Virus record (IMG/VR): IMGVR_UViG_3300010355_000588
DNA from: a virus
Lineage: Duplodnaviria > Caudoviricetes
Length of the DNA: 64,000 bases
Strand: one strand, 5' to 3'
Made by a program: the position numbers and the translations under genes. Of the stretch, positions 18,422 to 28,386 are shown in pieces. The first letter of the stretch is position 1; the number at the start of each line of letters is the position of its first letter. The notes below the pieces were generated by a model. It saw only the letters and a program-made list of their open reading frames with translations. It searched no databases and was not told where the DNA came from.

Positions 18422-19300
18422 ATGAAAGACATTCTCAAGAAGCTTTTCGAAAGCATCGATCCTCAGAACTCTCTCATCAAAGAAGATGTTCGTGCTAGTC
18501 TCACTGAACAATTCGAATCGAAGATGGCTGAGCTGAAGGAAGCTGCATATAAGGAAGCATTGGAAAAGGTTGACGAAGAACATTGCGAACTGCTTGACAA
18601 GGTCCGTGCCAAAATCGACGAAGACCACTGTGAACTTTTGGACAAGGTTCTTGAAAAGATCGATGAAGAACACACCGAACTTCTCGATCAGGTCGTCGAA
18701 AAACTTCGCAGCGAAAAACTATCTGAATCCAATCGTGAAGTTGCTAAATATGTTTCAGATTTCCTCGATACCTATCTAGATGAAGCAATCCCAGAAACCA
18801 CTGTCAAGGAATCAGTCGAAACCGCCGCATGCAAGAAGATCTTCGAACAGATCAAGCAGGCGATGGCGACCTACGAAGTTTCTATCGATGCCGAAATCAA
18901 CGAAGCGTTTCTCGATGGCAAACAGATTATCGACGAAAAAGAAAAAGAACTTTCCAAACTCATGTTTGAAAAGATCGAACTTAAAAACGAACTCGAAGAT
19001 CTGAAACGCGCGAAGATCGTCGAAGAACAAACTAAATCGATGTCTCCTAAGCTCAAACTCTTTGTCGAAACGCAAGTCAAAGATGCCGAGCTCGACAAGG
19101 TTGAGGAGAAAATTGCTGAGGCAGTAAAGGCCTTTGACGCTGACGAAAAGCAGCTCCGTCAAAAACTAAATGAATCTGCCGATTCAAAATCCAAACTTGG
19201 AACGCTCGTCCCAGTTAGCGAAAGCACGACAGACAACGTGGATCCAATGATGGAAATGTATCGGAAGATGGTTGCGAAAAGCAAGCAATTGAATGGCTAA
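18422..19300 (+). CDS. Prohead scaffold protein (gp22-like)
   Basis: Acidic coiled coil immediately upstream of the MCP; VSDFLDTYLDE. Confidence 0.85.
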   Translation: MKDILKKLFESIDPQNSLIKEDVRASLTEQFESKMAELKEAAYKEALEKVDEEHCELLDKVRAKIDEDHCELLDKVLEKIDEEHTELLDQVVEKLRSEKLSESNREVAKYVSDFLDTYLDEAIPETTVKESVETAACKKIFEQIKQAMATYEVSIDAEINEAFLDGKQIIDEKEKELSKLMFEKIELKNELEDLKRAKIVEEQTKSMSPKLKLFVETQVKDAELDKVEEKIAEAVKAFDADEKQLRQKLNESADSKSKLGTLVPVSESTTDNVDPMMEMYRKMVAKSKQLNG

Positions 19301-19334
19301 TAAGCCAACCTAACAAATAGGAAGTTAAAAAACA

Positions 19335-20792
19335 ATGAAACTCACAGAAGGCGCACTTTACAGAGGTCTTCCCGCTAATTTCCAAGAACAGGTGTACTCC
19401 AAGTGGGCATCTGTCATCGAAGAAGGCGGAGACATCACCGACGAACGTAAGAAACTCGCTACAGCTATCGTTTTGGAAAACATTCAGAACGCCGAAGACC
19501 AACGCATTGGCCGTCTTCGCGAAGCATATGCTGGAATCTTTCCCCAAGCTGGCATGGGCGCTCAGACAACTGGTTCTGATGGCGGCGGCCAATTTGGCGC
19601 ATATGGCGACTTCGTCACGACTGGCGTAAATCCCAACGACGCACGTATCCCCTCCATCGTCATCCCAACTGCACGTCGTATGTTTCCCGAACTCATCGCG
19701 TTCGAGGTTGCTGGCGTTCAGCCAATGATGGCATCTGTCGGCTGGGCATTCGCCATCCGCGCGAAATACGGCAAGTTCGGCAAAGGCGGAGCTCAAGGCG
19801 TTGCTGAAGGTACTGAAATCGGCTACAACCAGCTTGACTCGGCATTCACCGGCGCATCCGGCAACGCAATGGAACTCTCTGCCAACAGTTATTTCCAGGC
19901 ATTTGCTGGAGCTCCTGGCGCGCCCAACGGCACGACCAAGTTCGCAAATCCATTCGGCCAAGGCGCAACCCTTGAAAATTCGGAATGGTGGAACATTGGC
20001 GAAGACATGCCCATGGTCACTTTCGACTATCTGAAGAAATCCGTTGAAGCAAAAACCCGTAAGGTTGGTGCACAATGGACTCCAGAACTTGCCGAAGACA
20101 TGATGAACACGCAGGGAGTCGACGTCAACTCCGAAATGATCGGAATGGCGCAGTATGAAATCCGTGCTGAAATCGACCGTCAGCTCATCACTGAGATGGT
20201 TGTCGCAGCTATCAACAACGTTGGAATGGACGGAACGACCCCAGATCCCCGCGTTTCCACATGGACTCCGGTTTCTGCAGACGGCCGTAACCAATTCGAA
20301 CGTATGCTAACTCTCTACACGCACGTCCTCGAAAAATCACAGGATATCGGAATCAAGACACGCCGTGGCTCCGCTACGTTCGCTATCATGAGTCCAAAAC
20401 CTGTCGCATTGTTCGAACAGATGGGCGACATCGACACGACTGGCCGTACGTCCATCAGCTCACAAGGCGTTGGCGTCGCGAAAATCGGAACGCTGAAACG
20501 CGGCAACCTCGCCTGCTTCCGTGACACGTTTGCCGGCGGAAACTATATCCTTCTCGGATACAAGGGACCAAATCCGTACGATGCGGGAGTTATCTATTGT
20601 CCGTATATTCCTCTCCAACTCGCAACCGCCGTTGGTCAGGAAAACTTCACACCGCGCATTGGCGTCCGTACCCGTTACGGAATCCTTGGCAACGTGTTTG
20701 GTGCGGGTAATTATTATCACCTCATCAAGCTCGACGGCATGTCCGGAACTCTGCTCAACGCAGACAGCGGCCGTGTCTTCACCTACAACTGA
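19335..20792 (+). CDS. Major capsid protein (gp23-like)
   Basis: LENIQ, RRMFPELIA, GVQPM, EAKTRK, EIRAEIDR, YCPYIPL, TRYG. Confidence 0.97.
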   Translation: MKLTEGALYRGLPANFQEQVYSKWASVIEEGGDITDERKKLATAIVLENIQNAEDQRIGRLREAYAGIFPQAGMGAQTTGSDGGGQFGAYGDFVTTGVNPNDARIPSIVIPTARRMFPELIAFEVAGVQPMMASVGWAFAIRAKYGKFGKGGAQGVAEGTEIGYNQLDSAFTGASGNAMELSANSYFQAFAGAPGAPNGTTKFANPFGQGATLENSEWWNIGEDMPMVTFDYLKKSVEAKTRKVGAQWTPELAEDMMNTQGVDVNSEMIGMAQYEIRAEIDRQLITEMVVAAINNVGMDGTTPDPRVSTWTPVSADGRNQFERMLTLYTHVLEKSQDIGIKTRRGSATFAIMSPKPVALFEQMGDIDTTGRTSISSQGVGVAKIGTLKRGNLACFRDTFAGGNYILLGYKGPNPYDAGVIYCPYIPLQLATAVGQENFTPRIGVRTRYGILGNVFGAGNYYHLIKLDGMSGTLLNADSGRVFTYN

Positions 20793-20819
20793 TTCGTCAC
20801 TGTAGTTGAACTCAAAATT

Positions 20820-20844
20820 GGGAGGCCTCGTGCCTCCCTTTTTT
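20820..20844 (+). terminator. Intrinsic terminator after the MCP
   Basis: GGGAGGC-ctcgt-GCCTCCC-TTTTTT. Confidence 0.85.
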
Positions 20845-20876
20845 GTCCATATTAGCTTAGCTACTTTTAGATCGAT

Positions 20877-22559
20877 CTAATTCTTAGAATATACCAGATT
20901 GCCACAGTCCCAAATTCTGTCAAAACCGAAGATCTGCATATTCTCCCATTCAGTTAGCTTAGGGTCAAATCCTTCCAATTTAGCAATTATATGCTTTTGA
21001 TATTGCATCCTAGATATTCTTCTAGTATAATCTTTTCTATTGACAAACCAATAATTAGGTAAAGATACATGTGAAAGCTTAAATCCAAGCTTTTCATAGA
21101 AGGCCTCAGTTGAACTCCACCTTCTATCAGCAAACGAAACTATACTAGTTGGGTGGTAGACCCTCTCAAAATAAGTAAGCATCTTAGAAGCAACGCCAAC
21201 TATCTTGAAATTAGATATTGTACAAAATCGTATAAGCTCCCACTCGTATTTCTTGGAAAATCTAGACTTGCTAAATGTCATTACAGCTACTAATCGATTC
21301 TTATAGTAAGCACCCAACCTTACCTTAGAATTATTAGAGCCTTGGATATGGTACTTGTCAACAAAATCAGAAGATATCTTGTTTGATATCTCTCTGATCT
21401 CACATTTTCTGGCATGGATTTTTCTATGAATTAGCCCTAGAATGTTCTTTAGTCTAGAATATACTATCTTTTCTTTGTATATCCATTCGTCTTCAAAGAT
21501 GTGTATAAGTCTGATTCCTTTTTGTTCACATTCTAATGTTTTGGCCAGATGTTTTTGTGGAGGGGTGTTGGCATGCCAATAGATTCCGTCGCATTCAATC
21601 GCCAGGCCATGTCCAGGAACGTATAAATCCAATTCTAGACCATTATCTAAAATCGTTCTATCATGTAGTTTAGCTTCTATTCCATAATTGGATAGAAAAT
21701 TCATAAGTCTCTTTTCAAAAAAGGTGGTCTTTATGTCGCATTCTGGACAAAGAGGGACGCCACCATTATGATACCATCTAAGAAAAACCATACCACATCT
21801 ACTGCATCTCCAAGGATATTTTGTAGAATAACCACCACCTCCAGAACGTACGTAGTCTTCTTCTGAAAACAGAGGAACTACTAAATTGGAAAATCGATCC
21901 AGAGTAGAATAAGTATGGCGCATTTTACCTTCGTTTATTTTCCTTCTAGATTCTGGATTCTTGTTTGGATTATTGCGTTTGAATAAATTAGATTCAAGAT
22001 ACGCAGCATTTTTTACGCCATGTCTCTCCATCATAGTGGCTTCAATCTTCTTAACCACTTCCTTATTGCCCATCGCGTTCCTCGAGCCATACTTCTTCAG
22101 GCAAGTCTCTGCCCGCTTCTGCTTGCTGGCTTCGTCGCCTTTGGCAAACTTCTTGTAGCACTCCCTCGAGCAGAAGTGCTTGGTGGATTTCTTGGATACC
22201 TCGAAGGTTGCTCCACATTGACAGCTTCTAACTTCTCTTGGAATCTTCTCCTTCTTAGAGTGCTGATATTTAGTGGAACAACTGGTAGAACAGAAGCCTT
22301 TGACGTAACTTTCTCTAGGTAGATAGAAACTATCGTATGGATAGATTTCTTTGCCACAAGTCATACAGACTGGATGCTCGGTTATCTCGTTGAAAATACA
22401 GAATATTCTTTCTGAGATGGTGGTCTTTCTGTGGTTCAGAAAAGAGGTAGCGTCAACGACGTCCTGAAGCAATCCAAGCTTCTTTAGATATGATTCGGTC
22501 ACATATCTAGGCTTTTTATGCTGCAATATTTCTTGAAGTTTTTGCGTCAATGAATTCAT
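20877..22559 (-). CDS. Putative homing endonuclease (Hef-like; Zn fingers, Vsr-like PD-(D/E)xK domain, C-terminal domain)
   Basis: CLKKYG-type repeats, ELDLYVP...AIECDGIYWH...LIHIFEDEW, ELIRFC, FADRRW, IWDCG; likely start is MNSLTQ. Confidence 0.8.
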   Translation of the reverse strand: MNSLTQKLQEILQHKKPRYVTESYLKKLGLLQDVVDATSFLNHRKTTISERIFCIFNEITEHPVCMTCGKEIYPYDSFYLPRESYVKGFCSTSCSTKYQHSKKEKIPREVRSCQCGATFEVSKKSTKHFCSRECYKKFAKGDEASKQKRAETCLKKYGSRNAMGNKEVVKKIEATMMERHGVKNAAYLESNLFKRNNPNKNPESRRKINEGKMRHTYSTLDRFSNLVVPLFSEEDYVRSGGGGYSTKYPWRCSRCGMVFLRWYHNGGVPLCPECDIKTTFFEKRLMNFLSNYGIEAKLHDRTILDNGLELDLYVPGHGLAIECDGIYWHANTPPQKHLAKTLECEQKGIRLIHIFEDEWIYKEKIVYSRLKNILGLIHRKIHARKCEIREISNKISSDFVDKYHIQGSNNSKVRLGAYYKNRLVAVMTFSKSRFSKKYEWELIRFCTISNFKIVGVASKMLTYFERVYHPTSIVSFADRRWSSTEAFYEKLGFKLSHVSLPNYWFVNRKDYTRRISRMQYQKHIIAKLEGFDPKLTEWENMQIFGFDRIWDCGNLVYSKN

Positions 22560-22573
22560 ATTTTCAATTTGAC

Positions 22574-23122
22574 TCAGTTCTTTCTTCTTGAACACCATGC
22601 TTTACAATCAGTTACTGGCGGTCCATAGTGCATCTTATCTTTTTGCCACCAGGCTGGACCATTCTCTGGAATCCAGTGGCACTTGCGCTCAATTTGTCCA
22701 ACGCTCTGCCCTTTGTTGTCTTTTTTCACATAATATGCTTCGCAATTTTTGCAGTTCCCACAATATTTCTCGTCCTGTAGAACGCATCCATTCAGCGTCC
22801 ACGGATGAAGTGGAAACGAACTGCCTAACTTTTCAATAGCAGTTGCTCTCCATACGCCAGAATCCTCTAAGAACTCCGTCATCAGATAAGTGCATGGATC
22901 GCCAGCGAACGTATATTTCTTTCCAACTTCAAGAGGATTGCCGTTCGAGTCGACCGGAGGTTTCCAGCGGTATTTGCTATCAAAGTCCCATGCAAGTTGA
23001 TCTGGTGGCACGTCCATCCATCTTCCATTAGCTTTACAAAGTATTTGAACTAGCCTGTTCAAAGGGTTTTCCATCCAAATCTTCATCATATCGTAGTGTG
23101 GATGTCTGTATTCAAAGTTCAT
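22574..23122 (-). CDS. Hypothetical protein, YRWKPPVDSNGN family
   Basis: Paralog of 23136-23696 and 50894-51385. Confidence 0.7.
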   Translation of the reverse strand: MNFEYRHPHYDMMKIWMENPLNRLVQILCKANGRWMDVPPDQLAWDFDSKYRWKPPVDSNGNPLEVGKKYTFAGDPCTYLMTEFLEDSGVWRATAIEKLGSSFPLHPWTLNGCVLQDEKYCGNCKNCEAYYVKKDNKGQSVGQIERKCHWIPENGPAWWQKDKMHYGPPVTDCKAWCSRRKN

Positions 23123-23135
23123 TTCACTATCCCCC

Positions 23136-23696
23136 TTAGGTTGTTTTATTCTTATGTGATGGACAATTTTCTACCAGAAATACGTCGACGACACCCCATT
23201 CTGAAATGTCGGTAGCCCAGCCAGGAGATGGCGAGTTGCTGAAATAAGCACAAATATATTCTTCATTTTTTGGCGGATTGGAGTACCAGAGCTTTGTCAC
23301 CTTTTTGCCTTGACAGTAGGCGCATGTCTTGCAGCTTTTGTCTTCAACTGGTTTAACCCCATTTAGTTCCCATGGAAGCAACTCACGCAAGACTCCACGT
23401 GGATCGCCAAAACTTGCTCCTACTCGACATCTCCAAACCCCAGTTTCTTCGAAGAACCTATCTGGAACCAGCACCCCTCCATTGAACGCATATGCCTTTC
23501 CAACGATTAGTTCATTTCCATTCGAATCTACTGGAGGTTTCCAACGATATGTAGCCTCATCCCCCCAGATCACCTCGTTTGGTTTCAGATCTAGCCACTC
23601 CGGTTTATAGCCATTACAATATTGCACCAATCTATTCTTAGGATCTTCCACCCAAACAACAATCATGTCGTAGTGGCTGTGTCTGTCTGTTTTCAT
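23136..23696 (-). CDS. Hypothetical protein, YRWKPPVDSNGN family
   Basis: Tandem paralog; C-terminal Cys cluster. Confidence 0.7.
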   Translation of the reverse strand: MKTDRHSHYDMIVVWVEDPKNRLVQYCNGYKPEWLDLKPNEVIWGDEATYRWKPPVDSNGNELIVGKAYAFNGGVLVPDRFFEETGVWRCRVGASFGDPRGVLRELLPWELNGVKPVEDKSCKTCAYCQGKKVTKLWYSNPPKNEEYICAYFSNSPSPGWATDISEWGVVDVFLVENCPSHKNKTT

Positions 23697-23707
23697 TTTT
23701 TGTCTCC

Positions 23708-24265
23708 TTAGATTTTCTTCTTTCTACATGGAACGCTTGTTGTAATTCTAATGGAATACATGCTTTCTTCAGGCTTAATGACCAATGTCGGTTCATCCAC
23801 CGGCACCATATCACTCTTTTCTAATTCTTCAGCGAGTTGCTTGCACATTATCTCTCCAATATGTCTCATTAATTGAGTCATATCCCTGAGATAGCCATCA
23901 ATTATTAAGACTCTTGAATCTATATCGTGAGTAACTGAGCATACGCTAGGCCGCTCGGGAGCTACTGTAATTTTAAAAGCTTTTGCTAAGTTGCCATTAT
24001 GGAGACGTAACTGCGTGATAGCACGGTCAAAGCATCCAAGGATGTTTTCATGCAAGGCATCATCCAATGTCTCTTTGCCTTTGGTGGTCTTTTCTGTGAC
24101 CGCTTTTTCGATATATTTGATAATAGCTTCTTCGAATTGAAAGCTTGGATGTTCTGTAGGCGTAAGAGAACAAAAGCAGTCATGGGCGTGTTTTTCTTTG
24201 AAGATCTTACTACCAACCCAGGTGCTCAAATTGCAAAGTCTAGCGATAACTTGATCCTTGGTCAT
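23708..24265 (-). CDS. Hypothetical protein
   Basis: 185-aa ORF in a minus-strand operon. Confidence 0.6.
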   Translation of the reverse strand: MTKDQVIARLCNLSTWVGSKIFKEKHAHDCFCSLTPTEHPSFQFEEAIIKYIEKAVTEKTTKGKETLDDALHENILGCFDRAITQLRLHNGNLAKAFKITVAPERPSVCSVTHDIDSRVLIIDGYLRDMTQLMRHIGEIMCKQLAEELEKSDMVPVDEPTLVIKPEESMYSIRITTSVPCRKKKI

Positions 24266-24269
24266 TTCT

Positions 24270-24476
24270 TCATTCTCCTTTGGCTGTATCTACCATAGAC
24301 GTTTCTGGAAGTTTCCATACGAACTTGGTGTTTCCTTGGTCGTCGCAAATTACCCATTCAGCGGCGCCGCGCTTGATGGCTTCTACTCGATAAACATTTT
24401 GTCCTGCTATAACCCCCATCATAAATGCCAAAGAGAGTCCAAGTATTGTCGTAATGAATTTCTCCATAAAAGTCAT
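24270..24476 (-). CDS. Small membrane protein
   Basis: N-terminal TM segment; similar in plan to 51613-51816. Confidence 0.55.
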   Translation of the reverse strand: MTFMEKFITTILGLSLAFMMGVIAGQNVYRVEAIKRGAAEWVICDDQGNTKFVWKLPETSMVDTAKGE

Positions 24477-24491
24477 TTTAAAATCTCCTTG

Positions 24492-24773
24492 TTAGTTGTG
24501 GTTGAAATTTTCGCACATTTTAGCAAATGCTGCATCGTTGTGTGCGCAGATATCGTTGGCAATCTTTCCAATCGCTGTGAAAGAATTCACAGCGTCATTC
24601 ATCGACCAGAGCTTAGTAGAAAATCGAGGAAATGTGGCAACCCCGTTGTTCATAAAGGTGATTTTCAGTCTTTGGTTATCTGACGTGTCTCGGTTCTGAC
24701 AACAATCCGGTGGTTGGCTCAAAACCAACTCGTCGACGCAACACTCTTCTGGCAGGTCGAGTTCAATCTTCAT
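24492..24773 (-). CDS. Hypothetical protein
   Basis: GGAGG RBS; ATGA coupling. Confidence 0.6.
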   Translation of the reverse strand: MKIELDLPEECCVDELVLSQPPDCCQNRDTSDNQRLKITFMNNGVATFPRFSTKLWSMNDAVNSFTAIGKIANDICAHNDAAFAKMCENFNHN

Positions 24774-25120
24774 TTGGACGCCTCCTTCTCAGATGGGATA
24801 TGAGCAATTTTATTACGAGCTTCTTTCTCAGTAAGTAGCATATATGCGTTGCGTTCGGCGAATTTCTTAATAGATTTAGATACAGAATACATCAATGGAA
24901 CCTTAGTTTCTTTGGTGACATTGATAGCTACACATTCAAGCCTCCGATTTTTTTCGTTCCACATGCATGGCATATACAAGCAGCTATGCTCATCGTGTTT
25001 GTTGACGACAATGGCCAGACCACTTTCATAAATCCGTTTTACGATGTAACGGTCACCCGAGATGATAGAATAACCTTTTTCAGTCTTCATCTTCGATCTC
25101 CTCTTCGTTGGTTTCATCTT
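24770..25120 (-). CDS. Hypothetical protein
   Basis: ORF with uncertain start. Confidence 0.5.
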   Translation of the reverse strand, partial: KMKPTKRRSKMKTEKGYSIISGDRYIVKRIYESGLAIVVNKHDEHSCLYMPCMWNEKNRRLECVAINVTKETKVPLMYSVSKSIKKFAERNAYMLLTEKEARNKIAHIPSEKEASK

Positions 25121-25121
25121 C

Positions 25122-25342
25122 TTAATCCAGATCGAGATCAGCTTCTTCGAGTATTTCTTCGACGCCATTTGCTTCGTAGATATCGACGAAGCGAGCAGCT
25201 AACTGATACAGATCAGCAAGCCCGCCACGTTCGTAGCTGCTAAGCTTCTTGATGGAATCAGGCGTGAGTTCATAGAGTTTGTCAACACAATAAGAAAGAT
25301 CAGATGCAGTGTTTTCAAACATACAGAGTCCATGTTAGACAT
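25122..25342 (-). pseudogene. Small phage protein with an apparent 1-nt deletion near 25330
   Basis: RBS plus MSNM start is one base out of frame with CMFENTASDLSYC. Confidence 0.5.
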
Positions 25343-25359
25343 CGTGAATCTCCTTTAGT

Positions 25360-25758
25360 TTACTTCTTTGCAAATCCGATTTGAAAAATAAGACAGAATT
25401 TTTCTAAGAGTTCATAGATCTTGGCAAACATTTCCCTCCTGGAATATGCGCAAGAACTTGAATCAAAATCTACCATTTCCTTAGCATATTTGTAAATCTG
25501 ATATGCGTTTGGATGAACATTAAGACCTAGATACACCATGACATCTCCAGCAAACTTCTTTTCGAGATCACCAGATCTTTCAGCAAATTCTTTCTTTCGT
25601 TTGCTATATTCGTCAAGTTCTTTCTGATAGGCGTCGAGAATTTCAGCATATGCCCTAATAGCATTCGGATTTTGCATTTCAGCCGAGGTCAGATAAGTTG
25701 GACGAATAGGTTTTTTTGGAAGTGATAATTCCTTCACCACATATTCATCAAAGTTCAT
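25360..25758 (-). CDS. Early hypothetical protein
   Basis: Downstream of early promoter 25782-25821. Confidence 0.65.
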   Translation of the reverse strand: MNFDEYVVKELSLPKKPIRPTYLTSAEMQNPNAIRAYAEILDAYQKELDEYSKRKKEFAERSGDLEKKFAGDVMVYLGLNVHPNAYQIYKYAKEMVDFDSSSCAYSRREMFAKIYELLEKFCLIFQIGFAKK

Positions 25759-25781
25759 TTTTCAATCCCCTTTAGTTGTTT

Positions 25782-25860
25782 CAGTATAGTATATAATACA
25801 ACAAGAACTTGATTTTATCAACAGGTTTGGCGGAAAAACAGAGGATATTTTCCGCCAAAC
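25782..25860 (-). promoter_or_regulatory. Early promoter (TTGATA variant) preceded by a 13-bp stem-loop
   Basis: GTTTGGCGGAAAA/TTTTCCGCCAAAC at 25825-25860, then the repeated promoter. Confidence 0.7.
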
Positions 25861-25872
25861 CCGACGTTCAGA

Positions 25873-26262
25873 TCACCGGCTACGGGTTTTGAATGGCTGA
25901 ATCCCGGCGCATTCCAGGCGATCCCGGACGTAGGAGTCCCGACTCCAGTTGGATTTGATGATGGCGAGTTCATGGATTTCATCAATAGCGCGCTTCTGCC
26001 AGCCTGCCATAATCATTAGCGAGGTCAGACGGAACTGTTCCTTGTCATAGTCAATAAGTTCAGCATTGTCCAGGAGTCCTTTCATCCGGCTGAGACAGAT
26101 TTCACGATCCATGAGGTTGGTCTTTTCATCCACGGAGAGCGCCTCATATTCCTTCTTGAGTTCGCTGTCGTTGGAGATTCTGGATTCGTAGTTGCTGACG
26201 GTGTCACGTTGGTCACGGTTGAGGTTTTCCTTGAAGTCGCTGCGGTAGTGTTTCGTAGCCAT
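25873..26262 (-). CDS. Early hypothetical protein
   Basis: Own early promoter at 26289-26326 and AGGAG RBS. Confidence 0.7.
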   Translation of the reverse strand: MATKHYRSDFKENLNRDQRDTVSNYESRISNDSELKKEYEALSVDEKTNLMDREICLSRMKGLLDNAELIDYDKEQFRLTSLMIMAGWQKRAIDEIHELAIIKSNWSRDSYVRDRLECAGIQPFKTRSR

Positions 26263-26322
26263 CTGAGTAATCTCCTTTATTGGTTTTTAGTATAGTATAT
26301 AATACAATCGAAAAGAGGTTTG

Positions 26323-26835
26323 TCAACAGGATTTCTCAATCAATTCCATAATATTCACGCCATTCTTCCTGTCTTCTTCAGTCAACCCACATTCGTCGAG
26401 ATCGCCTTGAAGACCAGTAGCCGATCCATAGATGCCAGTAACGTTGCCACTGATCTTGGTCACGCTTCCAGTAAGACGAAAGATCTTTCCATAGATATTG
26501 GATACGTCGCCATAAATCTTAGACACGTTGCCTTCAAGCCCGGTCACGTCGCCATAGATATTGGTAGTATTTCCACAAATATTCGTCACGTCACCACAAA
26601 GTTCTGAAACATGACCACGAATATTCGTAATGTCTCCGCTAATTTTAGACACGTTTCCACGAATATCCGTCACCATTCCACGAATGTTGGTTACGTCGCC
26701 ACGGATTCTAGACATGATTCCACTAAGATTGGTAGTATCTCCACTGATATTCGTTTTGTCACCAAAAAGCTTCAAATTTTTAGAGACGTTCGATTTCGAA
26801 AAGAGGAATTCTTTCAAGATTTTTTTCATTTTCAA
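26323..26835 (-). CDS. 7-residue-repeat (IxG[DN]V[TS]x) solenoid protein, paralog 1, 18 repeats
   Basis: Repeats counted in the translation; conserved C-cap LDECGLTE.DRKNGVNI.ELI; promoter at 26852-26891. Confidence 0.8.
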   Translation of the reverse strand: MKMKKILKEFLFSKSNVSKNLKLFGDKTNISGDTTNLSGIMSRIRGDVTNIRGMVTDIRGNVSKISGDITNIRGHVSELCGDVTNICGNTTNIYGDVTGLEGNVSKIYGDVSNIYGKIFRLTGSVTKISGNVTGIYGSATGLQGDLDECGLTEEDRKNGVNIMELIEKSC

Positions 26836-26887
26836 TATCCTTCAGTATTTTCAGTATAATATATAGTACAACAGGTATTCGGTTTTG

Positions 26888-27133
26888 TCAACAGGCCTTG
26901 GAGGTTTTGTTTGAAATCTTATATGCCGGTGACTTTCCGAGATGAGTAGTGGCGTGGATGAGAGTTCCAACATGGGCGATGGAACTATTGATAGTGTTGT
27001 TGGCAGAGACATATGGTTGAGCAATACAGCTGCTGATACATTCGTCAGTGGTCCAATCAATTGAAAGAAGCAATTCTTGAGCCTTAGATAGAAGTTTGAT
27101 TGCCTTTTTGAGTTTCGTGGTGCTGTCATTCAT
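26888..27133 (-). CDS. Early hypothetical protein
   Basis: Own early promoter at 27157-27196. Confidence 0.55.
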   Translation of the reverse strand: MNDSTTKLKKAIKLLSKAQELLLSIDWTTDECISSCIAQPYVSANNTINSSIAHVGTLIHATTHLGKSPAYKISNKTSKAC

Positions 27134-27192
27134 TTTTCAATCTCCTTTGGTTGTTTCGGTATAGTATATAATACAACCAAAAGGAGGTTTTG

Positions 27193-27507
27193 TCAACCCT
27201 CCTGTGAATCTTTTTCCCCTTTTTTATTCTTTGGTTTGCTGATGTATTTGATGAAGCCGCTGTTCTGTCTAGGCACCATCTTGTACATCCACTTGTAGAT
27301 CTGGATCGGCGTCAGCTTCGATTGGAACTTCTCGACAATCATCGAATAGACCACTAAGCTGTCGCGCATGGATAGATATCGAGCGAGCATGTAGCTACTA
27401 AAGATCTTCTCAAACTCAGGGTTCTCGTGGAGAGTACCACCTGAATTCTTCTGAAGGATATCTGAGAGGATGGTGAAGAAGTTAAAGTTTGACTTTTCTT
27501 TGGTCAT
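27193..27507 (-). CDS. Clamp loader small subunit (gp62-like)
   Basis: FFTILSDI...FSSYMLARYLSM...QIYKWMYKMVPR...FIKYISK resembles the T4-like gp62 pattern. Confidence 0.6.
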   Translation of the reverse strand: MTKEKSNFNFFTILSDILQKNSGGTLHENPEFEKIFSSYMLARYLSMRDSLVVYSMIVEKFQSKLTPIQIYKWMYKMVPRQNSGFIKYISKPKNKKGEKDSQEG

Positions 27508-27553
27508 CTATGTCTTTCCATATAGATAGGTTTTATTCAATATAACTCAAAGA

Positions 27554-27805
27554 TCAGAACATGTTGTTATTCAACCACTTCAAGATTATTTCTTCATCCA
27601 CTTCACCACGGCTTTCCACGTTCAATGACACTGAATTGCCATAGCATGCCACGCTATTCTTACCTTCTTCTACGTTCATTGAACAGAATCCCGCTGAGAT
27701 GACGTTAGAACTACAACCAATCAAGTCATGGCTAATGACTGGATGGAATAGAATCGGCAGTTCGGAACCTTGGACCTGCATGATAATATATTTGTGTTTA
27801 GCCAT
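27554..27805 (-). CDS. Hypothetical protein
   Basis: KYII...PILF...H...SAGFC...CYGNSVSL motif; likely start MAKHKY. Confidence 0.6.
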   Translation of the reverse strand: MAKHKYIIMQVQGSELPILFHPVISHDLIGCSSNVISAGFCSMNVEEGKNSVACYGNSVSLNVESRGEVDEEIILKWLNNNMF

Positions 27806-27807
27806 GC

Positions 27808-28302
27808 TTAAACATCTCCATTTGAAGATTTCTTTCTGATTACGTATTCTTCCCGACATTCGGCAATTCTTCTTCCAATCAGATCACGGATATCCTTGTC
27901 TTCGGAATCAGAATCCACTAGAAAGAAGTGTCCATTCTTCGCCAGAATATTGTTGCTGAACACCATATCGCCATCTTGAATGAAGTCAACCACTCGTTCC
28001 CAACCCTCTGGTGTTTTTCTTTTGGCTACTTCATTGAGCTCATCATAGGTCTTGTCATAATCAGCATCTAAACAATCAGAGCACCTATGGACGTTCCGCC
28101 AACTACGGTCAGTGCCAATTTTCAACCCAAACAAACAGATGTCTTTCTCATAGACAGTTTCTTCAAGATTTTTCTCGAACAGAACACAATAAGGCTTTTG
28201 ATAATTCAAAAATCTACATTTGACCCCTTTTTCAATATCAGTACAAGTACAACCTCTAATGGTGTAGATTCCTTTTTGAATTACAACATAAGACATCATC
28301 AA
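27808..28302 (-). CDS. Cys-rich early hypothetical protein
   Basis: Behind early promoter 28319-28358. Confidence 0.6.
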   Translation of the reverse strand: MMMSYVVIQKGIYTIRGCTCTDIEKGVKCRFLNYQKPYCVLFEKNLEETVYEKDICLFGLKIGTDRSWRNVHRCSDCLDADYDKTYDELNEVAKRKTPEGWERVVDFIQDGDMVFSNNILAKNGHFFLVDSDSEDKDIRDLIGRRIAECREEYVIRKKSSNGDV

Positions 28303-28378
28303 TCTCCTTTAGTTATTTCAGTATAGTATATAATACAATAAGAACTCAATTTTGTCAATTGGCTATCTGTAAAAATAC

Positions 28379-28386
28379 TATAAATA
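28379..28386 (+). promoter_or_regulatory. T4-type late promoter TATAAATA, divergent from an early promoter
   Basis: Exact motif 35 nt upstream of 28421. Confidence 0.65.

Noticed and set aside
19215-20294. 359-aa antisense ORF over the MCP, and the many other antisense ORFs in the track
   Set aside because: Shadow frames of strongly codon-biased genes, with no RBS or recognisable motifs.
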